Source: an uncultured Alphaproteobacteria bacterium (GTDB taxonomy: Bacteria > Pseudomonadota > Alphaproteobacteria > CAAHEQ01 > UBA3637). From it: a stretch of 58,851 nucleotides of DNA. Positions within the stretch are counted from its first letter, which is position 1; each line of letters opens with the position of its first letter. The notes below the pieces were generated by a model that was given only the letters and a program-made list of their open reading frames with translations, did no database searches and was not told the DNA's origin. A program made the position numbers and the translations under genes. Positions 34,064 through 47,745 of this stretch are shown piece after piece. The DNA lies in contig CASECF010000060.1 of the NCBI GenBank assembly GCA_949286245.1, positions 1-58,851 of the forward strand, given 5' to 3'.

Positions 34064-34807
34064 CTACTCTATTTCAAAAAGGTCTTCTTGAACCGACATA
34101 AGTAAATTATCATGATTCTTCTTTGGAATCACAACAATATTTTCTTTGGCAATCCCGAAAGACTCCGCCGTTTCTAAAGAGGCTTCCGAATCTTTTTCAC
34201 CAATAAAATGTATTTGGGGTAATTTTAAAAAAGTCTCCTTAAAATCACCCAAATTTAAAGATCCCGTTAAAGGGGATATTCCCTTCTTTTTCACCCATTC
34301 TTCTTGGTCTAAAATACCACCGACCGTCACAATTTTTTGAATGTGATCAGGATGTTTAATTGCAATTAAACCAGCCACCTGAGCTCCCCCCCCAACCCCG
34401 ATTAAAATGACACGATCTGCCTGTGTTTTTTTCATGAGTGAGATAATTGCTCGATCTAAACTCCCAATATTTTCGGAACTATATCGCCCCTCTGTCCAAC
34501 AATCTGTCGTACAACTATCGGTTTGTAAATATTGACAAGGACGAGCCAAATAAACCACATTGGGAAAAGGATCCGCTGCCGCCACCTCTCGAACACGCGT
34601 CGAAACGGGATTGGGATTGTCCGGCGTTCCGTCTTCTTCAATATAAACCTTCAACGTTTCCCCCGGCTTTTTAATTTTATACCACGATGACACAATATGA
34701 GGCGGTGCAACAATTGTTTGAAATCGCATATCCGTCAACGGATTTTTGGAGGCACACCCCGTTAATAAAAAAGCAATACCGATACAATAAACAACGTTTT
34801 TAAACAT
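34064..34807 (-). CDS. Lipoprotein with an alpha/beta-hydrolase-like fold
   Basis: The lipobox is FLLTGC|AS. A strand-elbow segment reads RVILIGVGGGAQVAGLIA, with Gly where the nucleophile Ser is expected. Confidence 0.5.
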   Translation of the reverse strand: MFKNVVYCIGIAFLLTGCASKNPLTDMRFQTIVAPPHIVSSWYKIKKPGETLKVYIEEDGTPDNPNPVSTRVREVAAADPFPNVVYLARPCQYLQTDSCTTDCWTEGRYSSENIGSLDRAIISLMKKTQADRVILIGVGGGAQVAGLIAIKHPDHIQKIVTVGGILDQEEWVKKKGISPLTGSLNLGDFKETFLKLPQIHFIGEKDSEASLETAESFGIAKENIVVIPKKNHDNLLMSVQEDLFEIE

Positions 34808-34835
34808 AAACCCATCATATCAAAATCCATCTCTC

Positions 34836-34864
34836 TTGACAAGTCTTCTTTCCCAACTTATTTA
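34836..34864 (+). promoter_or_regulatory. Sigma70-like promoter (TTGACA-17 nt-TATTTA) facing a micro-ORF
   Basis: ttgaca lies at 34836-34841, followed by a 17-nt spacer and tattta at 34859-34864. Confidence 0.3.
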
Positions 34865-34902
34865 AACTATGTTGACTAAATACGGAAAGGAGGGGAGCCA
34901 AT

Positions 34903-34938
34903 ATGCCGGGATGCGGATGTGGAACGAAGAAGAAATAG
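34903..34938 (+). CDS. Candidate 11-codon micro-ORF, MPGCGCGTKKK
   Basis: The SD aaggagggg (34887-34895) lies 7 nt before the ATG. The TAG is at 34936-34938. A bidirectional terminator follows 11 nt downstream. Confidence 0.3.
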   Translation: MPGCGCGTKKK

Positions 34939-34948
34939 TTCTCAAATA

Positions 34949-34980
34949 CAAAAAAACGCCAATTTTCATTGGCGTTTTTT
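34949..34980. terminator. Bidirectional rho-independent terminator
   Basis: A 9-bp stem (aacgccaat 34955-34963 pairing with attggcgtt 34968-34976) has a tttc loop, an A-run on the left and T6 on the right. It abuts the merR-family stop at 34981. Confidence 0.75.
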
Positions 34981-35328
34981 CTAATCGGAAACATAATCAG
35001 ACAAATATGTCTTAATGTCATTCAATTCCTGAATCAACTTATCTGTGGCTTTATTTGAAACAGAAGCTATTCCTTCTTCTTGAAGCGAATCGGGGTCTTC
35101 CATTTTTAATCGTTTTTGAACCCCTTTAATCGTATATCCTTCTTTATAGAGATAATCTCGAATTCTGGCCAATAAAACAACATCTTCAGCTTGATAATAT
35201 CGGCGTCCCATTCTTTTTAACGGTTTGATCTGATGAAACTGAGTCTCCCAAAAACGTAGAACGGAAGCAGGGATCTGTAAAAGATCCGCTACTTCCGTAA
35301 TTGTTCGATAGGCATTTTCTGCCTTCAT
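34981..35328 (-). CDS. MerR-family transcriptional regulator
   Basis: The N-terminal wHTH reads [25 protein letters not shown]...KRMGRRYY. It sits in the conserved position downstream of ihfA. Confidence 0.8.
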   Translation of the reverse strand: MKAENAYRTITEVADLLQIPASVLRFWETQFHQIKPLKRMGRRYYQAEDVVLLARIRDYLYKEGYTIKGVQKRLKMEDPDSLQEEGIASVSNKATDKLIQELNDIKTYLSDYVSD

Positions 35329-35343
35329 AAACTCCTTCTCCTT

Positions 35344-35643
35344 TTACTTTGAAGCATTTTTTAATGCGCTTTTCAATGTATTGGAAGCCTTAAACGAAAC
35401 GACTGTTCTCGGCGTAATCGTATGCTTATCGCCCGTCTTGGGATTGCGACCCACCCGCTCTTTTTTCGCATGCGGGATAAAACTGGCAAACTTTGAAATC
35501 TTTACTGTTTCCCCTTGTTGCATTGCATAAATAATATTCTGCAAAATCTGTTCAATCAATTTAAAAGATTCGGCGTGGGAAAACCCTAATTCATGATAAA
35601 TTGCTTCGGCAATATCCGCTCTTGTAATTGTTTTTTGTGTCAT
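35344..35643 (-). CDS. ihfA: Integration host factor subunit alpha
   Basis: 99 aa, HU/IHF fold, with ITRADIAEAIY... and the beta-arm ERVGRNPKTGDKHTITPRTVVSFKAS. Confidence 0.85.
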   Translation of the reverse strand: MTQKTITRADIAEAIYHELGFSHAESFKLIEQILQNIIYAMQQGETVKISKFASFIPHAKKERVGRNPKTGDKHTITPRTVVSFKASNTLKSALKNASK

Positions 35644-35711
35644 TTTGTTCGTCCTTTATCTTTTAATTTTTTGTTAGAATGTCATAAAAATACAAAATAT
35701 GCAAGTAGTTT

Positions 35712-36683
35712 TTAGAATCTGATTAAACCACCGGCCCATGTAAAACCACCACCCATAGCCTCGATCAAAACCAGATCACCCCTTTTTATCTTTTGAGAAG
35801 AAACCCCTTCATAGAGTGCCAATGGAATAGAGGCCGCTGATGTATTTCCCTGCTCCGGTAACGTCAGGATCACACGATCCATCGAGAAACCCAGTTTTTT
35901 GGCTGTTCCTTCAATAATCCGACTATTCGCTTGGTGCGGAACCAAAAAATCAATTTCATCGGGAGAAACACCGGTCTCTCGCATAACCTCTCCTGCCACC
36001 TCAGATAAATTGAGCACGGCATGCCGAAAAACCTCTCGCCCCTCCATCCGAATATATCCGACTTTTTGTGTCGACGAAACTCCACCCGTCGATTGCAACA
36101 AAGAGCGATAATCACCGTTTGAATGCAAGACAATATTCAAAATCCCCGTATCTGTTTTCTCTCCCGATCCCTGCTCTGCTCCTAGGACAACCGCTCCGGC
36201 TCCATCACCAAATAAAACACAAGTGTTTCGATCTGTCCAATCCACGATTCGAGATAATGTTTCAGCACCGATCACAAGAGCTCGCCGAACGGTTCCCGTT
36301 CTGATAAATTGATCCGCAACGGACAAAGCATACACAAATCCGGAACAGACGGCTTGAATATCAAAAGCAAAACCCGTCTTCATACCCAACAAGGACTGAA
36401 CACGCGTTGCTGTTGCCGGAAGTGTATCATCCGGAGTTGTCGTTGCCACAATCAAAAGATCTAAAGAACTGCCATCAAGACCTGCATTCTCCAATGCCTC
36501 TTTTGCTGCTCGAAAAGCTAAATCAGAAGTTCGTTCTTCATCAGCAGCGATTCGACGTTCTCGAATACCGGTACGCTCCCGAATCCACTCGTCACTCGTC
36601 TCAACCATTTGCTCCAAATCGGCGTTTGTCATCTTTTTTTCTGGCAAATACCCGCCCAATCCGAGAATTTTTGATCTGATCAT
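35712..36683 (-). CDS. fabH: 3-oxoacyl-ACP synthase III FabH
   Basis: The active-site Cys context is QAVCSGFVYAL, with HQANSRII and GNTSAASIPLAL also present. Confidence 0.9.
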   Translation of the reverse strand: MIRSKILGLGGYLPEKKMTNADLEQMVETSDEWIRERTGIRERRIAADEERTSDLAFRAAKEALENAGLDGSSLDLLIVATTTPDDTLPATATRVQSLLGMKTGFAFDIQAVCSGFVYALSVADQFIRTGTVRRALVIGAETLSRIVDWTDRNTCVLFGDGAGAVVLGAEQGSGEKTDTGILNIVLHSNGDYRSLLQSTGGVSSTQKVGYIRMEGREVFRHAVLNLSEVAGEVMRETGVSPDEIDFLVPHQANSRIIEGTAKKLGFSMDRVILTLPEQGNTSAASIPLALYEGVSSQKIKRGDLVLIEAMGGGFTWAGGLIRF

Positions 36684-36698
36684 GAGACCCCGTTTCTT

Positions 36699-37751
36699 TT
36701 ATTGTTTATGTAATTCTTCCGATAAAATATCCGTCACATCCATAACGGTGCGTAATTCTTCCTTGATTTTATCGCACAAATGGTTTCTGGTCATATGGAT
36801 AGCGGATTCAACCGCATAAGAGAACGAAAACGCATCTGCTCCGCCATGGCTTTTAACAGAAATTCCGTTCAGGCCCAAAAACATAGCCCCGTTATAAATA
36901 CGTGGATCCATCTTTTTCTTGAGCTGTTTCAATGCAGGAGTCGCCAACAAAAAGCCGATTTTAGAGATAATTGAGCCTCGCACAGCCTCTTTCAGTGAAG
37001 AGGTAATAAATTTGGCGGTTCCCTCAATTGTTTTCAAAGCAACATTTCCCGAAAAACCGTCTGTCACAAAAACATGGGCAGCGCCGAGTCCGATATCGTT
37101 TCCTTCAACAAAGCCCTTAAAGTTAATTTTATCACCAAATCCCTTTAAAACCGTTGATGCTTCTCGAATCTCATCTCGACCCTTCGTTTCTTCCGAACCA
37201 ATATTCAAAAGCCCGATAGACGGTCTTTCCACTTTAAACAAGACACGATAAAGAACATGGCCCATAACAGCAAATTCGACTAAGTTCTGTGAATTACACT
37301 CAGCATTAGCCCCCAGATCCAAAGCAACAACCGGCCCCTGAAGAGAGGGCAAAACAGCAGCTATGGCGGGTCGATCAATTCCAGACAAGGTTCCCAAACA
37401 AATTTTGCTCATAGCCATTAGGGCGCCGGTATTACCGGCAGAAACAACCGCATGAGCATACCCGTTCCGAACTGACATAATAGCCTTCCACATACTGCTC
37501 TCTCGACCGGAACGAACAGCGACAGAGGGCTTATCATCTCCCTTCACCACCTGAGTCGTCGGATGAATTTTAAACCGATCCGTAGCCAGTTGATATTTGG
37601 TTGTCAACTCCTCTAGCTGCTTTTCATCTCCGAACAGCAAAAAAAAGACATCCGGATTCCTCAAGGCTGCCCGACTAACTCCGTCAACGATCGCTTCCGG
37701 AGCATTATCTCCGCCCATGGCATCAATCGATATGGTTAAGGTATCGCTCAA
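36699..37751 (-). CDS. plsX: Phosphate acyltransferase PlsX
   Basis: ISIDAMGGDNAPE..., VSAGNTGALMA and the rpmF-plsX-fabH synteny support the call. Confidence 0.9.
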   Translation of the reverse strand: MSDTLTISIDAMGGDNAPEAIVDGVSRAALRNPDVFFLLFGDEKQLEELTTKYQLATDRFKIHPTTQVVKGDDKPSVAVRSGRESSMWKAIMSVRNGYAHAVVSAGNTGALMAMSKICLGTLSGIDRPAIAAVLPSLQGPVVALDLGANAECNSQNLVEFAVMGHVLYRVLFKVERPSIGLLNIGSEETKGRDEIREASTVLKGFGDKINFKGFVEGNDIGLGAAHVFVTDGFSGNVALKTIEGTAKFITSSLKEAVRGSIISKIGFLLATPALKQLKKKMDPRIYNGAMFLGLNGISVKSHGGADAFSFSYAVESAIHMTRNHLCDKIKEELRTVMDVTDILSEELHKQ

Positions 37752-37763
37752 AGGATTTCCCTT

Positions 37764-37952
37764 CTATTCTGCGTTTTTTTCTTTCACGATAATTTCTTTT
37801 TTGTTATATGTCCCACATGCCTCACAGACATGGTGCGGGCGAACCAATTCACCGCATTTCGGACATTCGATACACGCATTCGAACCTAAGGCCAAATGAG
37901 ATCGTCGCATATTCTTTTTTGATTTTGATGTTTTCTTCTTTGGTACTGCCAT
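37764..37952 (-). CDS. rpmF: 50S ribosomal protein L32
   Basis: MAVPKKKTSKSKKNMRRSH plus a CxxC...CxxC zinc ribbon (CIECPKCG...HHVCEACG). Confidence 0.9.
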   Translation of the reverse strand: MAVPKKKTSKSKKNMRRSHLALGSNACIECPKCGELVRPHHVCEACGTYNKKEIIVKEKNAE

Positions 37953-38127
37953 TTTAAACTCTCATAATTTATTTTTGTTCCACCACAGATATCTACTCGA
38001 TATCTCTCCTTAAAATAGGCCTTTACTTATACACAATTTTTATTTATTTTGCAAGCTCTTTTTTAATTTCCCTCTGAAAATCTATCTCATCCTTTTTCCA
38101 TCAATTAAAAAACAAGGTTCCTCATGT

Positions 38128-40863
38128 TTACGGCATTGGAGAAATAATTCTTTGTTTCTCGACAATGCTCGCCGGAATATCGGCAGGCTCAACCGGTTTG
38201 AAAAAGAGATTCAAGTCTTCTGTGAGAGTTTGACGAAAATTTTTCTTTTCATTACTTGGCATCAAACGTCCCTCGGTCGAAATCAAAATCTCAGTTTGTG
38301 AAGAATTTCCAACAGAATTAATAGTACCTGTTCCCGAACGAATGAGATATGACCCATTCCCTTCAAAAAAATCCTTTTTATTACCCTTCTTCTGACCAGT
38401 ATACTTAACATTTACATTACTTAACTTCAGTTCTCCATTTTGGATAGAAATCTTATCTTTTCGCAATTCAAGAGGTATTTGTAAACTCGCCTTTCCGGAA
38501 AAAGATAAATTCGGAATATTTAAGTAGGGATTTACAAGAGACAAATTAAAATCACTGTTTCTTAAATAAAGCGTCATTAAACTCAATTTATATGGAATTA
38601 AAGCCGAATCGATTGTCAACGGGACACCGGCAATCTCCGCAGAAAAGGAATTGAGACGCATCAACTGGGTATCGAACTTAACAGAGGCATCTAAATTTTG
38701 TAGTTGCAAGGGTCCTTTCACTGTTTTTACAAAAATTTGTTGATTTCCCAAGGTGACAAACGGGAACAATGTTTGTGCGGCCAAAACAGAGTTGAGTTGA
38801 CGCACCCTAACATTTGCCATATCAAAATCGACATTTTCAAACGAAATGTAAATTGGCCCCTGAATCTGCCGTCCTCCTTTCCAACTAATATTTCCCAATG
38901 CCGAAATCCGACCGGAAGCATTAGAAATTTCCTCGGGGAATAATGAGGAAAAGACAAAGGGGCGCTGTGAAATTCTTCTCACTTCAAACGGTTCAATCAA
39001 AACATTACCCGAAAATTCTTTTTTGGGAAAATTGGAAGCCCCTGAAAACGAAGCCCTGAACACATCGTTATAGGCAGAAACAAACACTTTCGTATCAAAC
39101 CCATTTTTGTTAATACTCAATTTAAATGGTTGTTTAATAAGCTCACTTTCTTTTAAGAAGATAGAGGGTGATTCAAATGCAAAACTCATATTTGAATCAA
39201 AAATATCTTGTACCGACAAATGAGCTTTTTTAATAATTTGATAAGGTGTTTCATAATCAAACTGTTTAATATCTAAACGAGCCCGTCTTGTTTGGTTGCC
39301 GAGATTATAATGACCAACTAAAGAGGCATCTTTGATATCCAAATTAATTGTATTGTTCGGTGACGTTCGATATCCTTTAAAATCCATCTGTTTTATCGCT
39401 AAATTAAAATTGATTCGATCCCCTTTCCAAGAAACCGTTTGAGCATTTTTATCCGATGGCAATAACACAAGAGAATAATCATTCGTTGATTGAATAACAT
39501 CTGATCCAACATTCATTTTGGAATTACGAATATAGATGGTGGAAGGCTCTTTTAAACGGTATTGACAGCTTAATTTTTCACAGGACATATTTCCCTTTAA
39601 AGTTCCTGACAAGTTTGTTAAAGACAGATTCTCCGTATGAAATGATTGAACCGTCAACCGAACAGGTGTGGTCGTTTCATAATTCGTAAAAGAATTGATC
39701 TTCAGGCCGTCAAAAGAAAGGCGAATGGTGGAATTCAATTCTTTTGTCCGATCATATGGATCCGAATTCACAAAAGAAAAAACAGTATCTCCCGTATACA
39801 AATCACTTTTTCCACGTCTCAAATTAATTCCGATACTTTTTGAGTTTTTACCAAGAGACAGAGAAGCCTTCCCTTCAATACTCACAAGGCGCAACCCCTC
39901 TGTTTTTAATGTAAATTTTCCGGTTAAATTTTCAGGAGATCGTCTCGGTAATGTTAAGGTCCCGCTCGGTATATCTACCGTCCAAATTTTTTGTTTTTGT
40001 TGTTCCGAAACAGAAACGGTTCCCATAATATTTATATCTTCTTGTTTGATAAAAAACGGAATACTGATATTGGCCCCGTTTTCATAAACGCCCGTCAAAG
40101 AAAAATTAATAGGAATTTTATAGGATTGCCCACTCACTTCCAAAACCGCATTTGAAACGACCAAAGAATCAACCTTAACCCCTCTTTGTCCAATTCGGTT
40201 TTGATTGAGATTCATTAAAACGGCCGGCAAATGGCCTAAATCAACATCTGTCTTTCCTTCCTTAACGGTCAATTTGACACCATCCAAAACAACCACTTTA
40301 ACTCGCCGTTGCAAAAAATCCGAAAAAGTTGAATGGATAACAACATTTTTAATTCGATAGGATCCTTTTGAATCCGTTAAATTCTTCAATTCTATTTTTG
40401 AAAAATCATACTTATCAACCGTCAAATTTTTAACTTCAATTTTGTTGTCTCTAAAATAAGCTTCCACATAATATGGAAATTGAGAATAGCTATATAACAA
40501 GACACATAAGGCGGTTATACCACCCAAATAAAGAACTCCCATAAAAACGGCATATACAGCGTTTAATACCAAGAATACTTTTTCGTATTTTCTTCGTACG
40601 GCATCTAAATAAAACGTTAAACGCATCAGTTTAACGAAAATCATGATAAATAAGGAATGTTTTTGTTTTTTCTGCTTTTCTTCCTTGTCTTCTTCAGCAA
40701 CAATCTGACTAAGCAAATCCGGCTCCGATCGACCGGAAGAGTCTGATTGAGGCTGACTTTGTTGTGCATTTGTCTGCTTTCCTGAGTGAGGTTGTTCTAA
40801 AAGTTCCTCCTGCCATTTGGCTTCTTCCAAAAGTTCTTTTTGTTTTTGATCAAACTGTTCCAT
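38128..40863 (-). CDS. Large membrane-anchored envelope protein, AsmA/YdbH-like (tentative)
   Basis: 911 aa. It has an acidic/Gln-rich N-terminal ~70 aa, hydrophobic helices at aa ~70-125 and a long beta-rich periplasmic body. The size and topology resemble YdbH/AsmA-family proteins. I recognise no diagnostic motif. Confidence 0.35.
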   Translation of the reverse strand: MEQFDQKQKELLEEAKWQEELLEQPHSGKQTNAQQSQPQSDSSGRSEPDLLSQIVAEEDKEEKQKKQKHSLFIMIFVKLMRLTFYLDAVRRKYEKVFLVLNAVYAVFMGVLYLGGITALCVLLYSYSQFPYYVEAYFRDNKIEVKNLTVDKYDFSKIELKNLTDSKGSYRIKNVVIHSTFSDFLQRRVKVVVLDGVKLTVKEGKTDVDLGHLPAVLMNLNQNRIGQRGVKVDSLVVSNAVLEVSGQSYKIPINFSLTGVYENGANISIPFFIKQEDINIMGTVSVSEQQKQKIWTVDIPSGTLTLPRRSPENLTGKFTLKTEGLRLVSIEGKASLSLGKNSKSIGINLRRGKSDLYTGDTVFSFVNSDPYDRTKELNSTIRLSFDGLKINSFTNYETTTPVRLTVQSFHTENLSLTNLSGTLKGNMSCEKLSCQYRLKEPSTIYIRNSKMNVGSDVIQSTNDYSLVLLPSDKNAQTVSWKGDRINFNLAIKQMDFKGYRTSPNNTINLDIKDASLVGHYNLGNQTRRARLDIKQFDYETPYQIIKKAHLSVQDIFDSNMSFAFESPSIFLKESELIKQPFKLSINKNGFDTKVFVSAYNDVFRASFSGASNFPKKEFSGNVLIEPFEVRRISQRPFVFSSLFPEEISNASGRISALGNISWKGGRQIQGPIYISFENVDFDMANVRVRQLNSVLAAQTLFPFVTLGNQQIFVKTVKGPLQLQNLDASVKFDTQLMRLNSFSAEIAGVPLTIDSALIPYKLSLMTLYLRNSDFNLSLVNPYLNIPNLSFSGKASLQIPLELRKDKISIQNGELKLSNVNVKYTGQKKGNKKDFFEGNGSYLIRSGTGTINSVGNSSQTEILISTEGRLMPSNEKKNFRQTLTEDLNLFFKPVEPADIPASIVEKQRIISPMP

Positions 40864-40908
40864 TGTTCCCTCACCTTCTATCCCATCACTTCATCTTATC
40901 ACATCTTT

Positions 40909-44656
<3,748 letters not shown>

Positions 44657-45412
44657 TTATTTTCCTTTATTTTGTTTTTGAACTAATTGAACAGCTTTTG
44701 AAGTCCATTGACTATCCGGAAACTGCTTTTGCAACAAAGACCGTATTTCCTCTGCTTGTGCCGACATTCCCAAAGCGGTATAACACATCACCAACCGATA
44801 ATAAGCCTCCGATGTTTGATTGGTGATCGGATAATTGACAACAACATTTTGGAATCGATTAATAGCGGGTATATACTCTTGTTTCTTTTGATAATAACGT
44901 CCGATTGCCAACTCTTTACCGGACAAGTGCATTTCTATTCCTTTCAATTTAGAATTAATGTCATTCACATAAATTGAGTTTGGGAAACGAGCCAATAATT
45001 CTTGAAACGTATTGAGTGCATTTTCCGTCATTTTTTGCTCTCTGCTCACATCTGACATTTGCTCATAATAACAAAGACCCTTTAAGTAATAAGCATATGC
45101 GGTATTTCGATTACCTGGATGGAGCTGAATAAATCGATCTAAAGCCAAAACAGCCTCATCATATTTATTTTGCAAATAAAAAGAATAAGCTGCCATAATT
45201 TGGGCACGTGCGGACCAAATAGAATATGGATGCTGAATTTCAACTTCATCGAAATATTTGGTGGCTTCATCATATTTCTTTTCTTCAAAAGCCGTATACC
45301 CTCTTTGATATAATAATTCCGGTTGCAATTCGGGCACCCCCTCATCTTGTGAAGCACAAGCCGTCACCAAACAAGTAAGCATCCCGATTAACGCTATTTT
45401 TTGAAATTTCAT
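44657..45412 (-). CDS. bamD: Outer-membrane protein assembly factor BamD
   Basis: It has the lipobox LVTAC|AS and TPR-like repeats (YQRGYTAFEEKKYDEATKYFDEV..., AYYLKGLCYY). Its size is about 250 aa. Confidence 0.8.
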   Translation of the reverse strand: MKFQKIALIGMLTCLVTACASQDEGVPELQPELLYQRGYTAFEEKKYDEATKYFDEVEIQHPYSIWSARAQIMAAYSFYLQNKYDEAVLALDRFIQLHPGNRNTAYAYYLKGLCYYEQMSDVSREQKMTENALNTFQELLARFPNSIYVNDINSKLKGIEMHLSGKELAIGRYYQKKQEYIPAINRFQNVVVNYPITNQTSEAYYRLVMCYTALGMSAQAEEIRSLLQKQFPDSQWTSKAVQLVQKQNKGK

Positions 45413-45517
45413 TTTGATCCTCTTTTTTTTATTTTTATGCTAGCAACAAACAAATGAAATTTCAACCATAAATTCATTTATATTTTTAAAATAAAAGGAG
45501 GCCGGATAAAAATAAGA

Positions 45518-45546
45518 TTGACAACCCCAAAGAGGACTTTTATTCT
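45518..45546 (+). promoter_or_regulatory. Sigma70-like promoter for pckG
   Basis: TTGACA lies at 45518-45523, followed by a 17-nt spacer and TATTCT at 45541-45546. The SD aaggaggag and the ATG at 45569 follow. Confidence 0.35.
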
Positions 45547-45568
45547 TAGAAAAGACAAGGAGGAGACC

Positions 45569-47395
45569 ATGAAAAAACAAATAAAACAAAATATACCGAC
45601 AAAAAATCAAAAAGTTATTCAATGGGTTGAGGAAATATCCCACCTCACGCAACCGGATCAAATTGTTTGGTGTGACGGAACGGATCAAGAATATGAAAAT
45701 ATTTGTAATTTACTTGTTCAAAACGGGACATTTATTCGTTTAAATCCCCAAAAACGACCGAATAGCTTTTTAGCAAGATCCAATCCAAAAGATGTGGCAC
45801 GGGTCGAGTCTCGCACCTTTATCTGCTGTCAAAAAGAAAAAGATGCCGGTCCAACGAACAACTGGGCAGAACCGAAAGCGATGAAAAAGAAACTAACCGG
45901 TTTGTTAAAAGGATGTATGAAAGGGCGGACGCTATATGTTATTCCTTTTTCAATGGGCCCACTTGGATCGAAAATAGCCCGTATCGGCATTGAAATAACA
46001 GATTCTCCCTATGTGGTTGCCAATATGCGCATTATGACACGCATGGGAAAGGCTGTTTGGAAAGTTTTGGGAAATGGTGATTTTGTTAAATGTTTACATT
46101 CTGTCGGAGCTCCTCTTAAATCAGGAGAACCGGATGTTTCTTGGCCTTGTAATCCGGAAAATACCTATATTACGCACTTTCCGGAAACACGAGAAATTAT
46201 TTCATTCGGTAGTGGATACGGCGGTAATGCTCTTTTAGGGAAAAAATGTTTAGCCCTTCGTATCGCAAGCACAATGGCCAAAGAAGAAGGATGGCTTGCG
46301 GAACATATGCTGATTGTTGGATTGGAAAATAAAAAATTAAATCTCAAAACATATGTGACCGCTGCCTTTCCCAGTGCCTGCGGAAAAACAAATATGGCCA
46401 TGCTCATTCCCCCAAAGGCCTTAAAAGACTGGAAAGTTTCAACAATCGGTGATGATATTGCATGGATTAAACCCGGAAAAGACGGGCGTCTATATGCGAT
46501 CAATCCGGAAGCCGGATTTTTTGGAGTCGCCCCCGGAACCTCTGAGAAAACAAACTATAATGCTTTGGCTGCCTGTCGAGCCAATACGATTTTTACAAAT
46601 GTCGCATTAACGGATGACGGAGATGTCTGGTGGGAAGGTCTGACGGAGGATACGCCTTCACATTTAATTGATTGGCAAGGAAATGATTGGACGCCAAAAT
46701 CCGAAACACCGGCAGCACATCCCAACTCTCGCTTCACGGCTCCAGCCAGTCAATGTCCCATTATTGACAAAGAATGGGAAAATCCAGCAGGTGTTCCTGT
46801 TGAAGCCTTTGTTTTCGGAGGGCGATTAGCAACAAATACACCTCTTGTATATCAAGCTTTCAACTGGGCACACGGTGTTTATCTGGCCAGCACCATGGGA
46901 TCGGAAAAAACAGCTGCCGCAGAAGGTACTACCGGAGAAATTCGAAGAGACCCAATGGCGATGCTTCCGTTTTGTGGATATAATATGGGAGATTACTGGT
47001 CACACTGGCTTCAATTGGGAGCCCATGTCACACACAAGCCCCTTATTTTCCGTGTTAATTGGTTTCGAAAAGATGAGAAGGGACATTTTATGTGGCCCGG
47101 CTTCGGTGAGAATTTAAGGGTATTAGAATGGATTGTTAAACGAGTTAACGGACAAGCGAGATCCTCCGAATCTCCTTTAGGCTGGATGCCCTCTTATTCT
47201 GACCTCAATTGGAACGGATTAAAAATGACGGAGAAACAATTTCAAAAATTAATGTCTATTGATGCTCATATGGCTCTAAAAGATGTTCAGGCACAATCAC
47301 TCTTTTTTGAACCATTCCGAAAAGAGAAGACATTACCTCCGGAATTTGAGGCCGAACTCGTTTTATTAGAACAACGATTAAAACAATCTCTGTAA
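45569..47395 (+). CDS. pckG: Phosphoenolpyruvate carboxykinase (GTP)
   Basis: It has the kinase-1a loop FPSACGKTN and GDDIAWI. The length and layout fit GTP-PEPCK. The ATG at 45569 follows a strong SD. The track start (TTG at 45518) is actually the -35 box. Confidence 0.9.
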   Translation: MKKQIKQNIPTKNQKVIQWVEEISHLTQPDQIVWCDGTDQEYENICNLLVQNGTFIRLNPQKRPNSFLARSNPKDVARVESRTFICCQKEKDAGPTNNWAEPKAMKKKLTGLLKGCMKGRTLYVIPFSMGPLGSKIARIGIEITDSPYVVANMRIMTRMGKAVWKVLGNGDFVKCLHSVGAPLKSGEPDVSWPCNPENTYITHFPETREIISFGSGYGGNALLGKKCLALRIASTMAKEEGWLAEHMLIVGLENKKLNLKTYVTAAFPSACGKTNMAMLIPPKALKDWKVSTIGDDIAWIKPGKDGRLYAINPEAGFFGVAPGTSEKTNYNALAACRANTIFTNVALTDDGDVWWEGLTEDTPSHLIDWQGNDWTPKSETPAAHPNSRFTAPASQCPIIDKEWENPAGVPVEAFVFGGRLATNTPLVYQAFNWAHGVYLASTMGSEKTAAAEGTTGEIRRDPMAMLPFCGYNMGDYWSHWLQLGAHVTHKPLIFRVNWFRKDEKGHFMWPGFGENLRVLEWIVKRVNGQARSSESPLGWMPSYSDLNWNGLKMTEKQFQKLMSIDAHMALKDVQAQSLFFEPFRKEKTLPPEFEAELVLLEQRLKQSL

Positions 47396-47745
47396 AATAC
47401 CTTAAAAAGGAATTTTATCTGAGTACCTGTTTTAGGTTATCGGTTATTTTAAGGGTTCTTATAATAAAGGGGGCGACTCAATAAAGAGAATCAAACCCTT
47501 TTTATTTGTGATTTTCCCAATCGGTTTTATGCAATAATTAGATTATTGTAATTTTTATTCTTTTCCTCATTGGAAAATGATATTTTCATTCCATTTCATC
47601 TCTGTTTTACAAACATGATCTCATCATATTCTTTCACACAGATCAATCTAAAAAAATACATTCATCGGGGAAACGATAAAGTCATACAAGACCTCATTCG
47701 AGTTCTCATCATTCAACTTATAATCAATTTCTTTCAAGAATAAGT

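Noticed and set aside
34815-35021. A 68-aa minus-strand ORF from the track.
   Set aside because: It runs through the bidirectional terminator hairpin and overlaps the 3' end of the merR-family gene. It has no SD, and the translation (..FVFENYFFFVPHPHP..) looks like non-coding AT-rich sequence.
35655-35675. A near-CtrA box, TTAA-TTTTTTG-TTAG, lies upstream of ihfA.
   Set aside because: It has one mismatch in the second half-site within a very AT-rich spacer. This is too likely by chance to report as a site.
45440-45688. An 82-aa minus-strand ORF overlapping the pckG promoter and 5' end.
   Set aside because: It overlaps the well-supported pckG start, SD and promoter on the other strand. It is hydrophobic and low-complexity, and shows no start signals.
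47396-47745. The 350-nt spacer after pckG was checked for tRNA, sRNA or terminator structures. It contains aagggtt...aaccctt followed by a T-run around 47450-47515.
   Set aside because: The stem is only 7 bp with a loop of about 38 nt. There are no tRNA-like T-arm or anticodon-arm features, so I cannot support an RNA gene or a confident terminator by eye.
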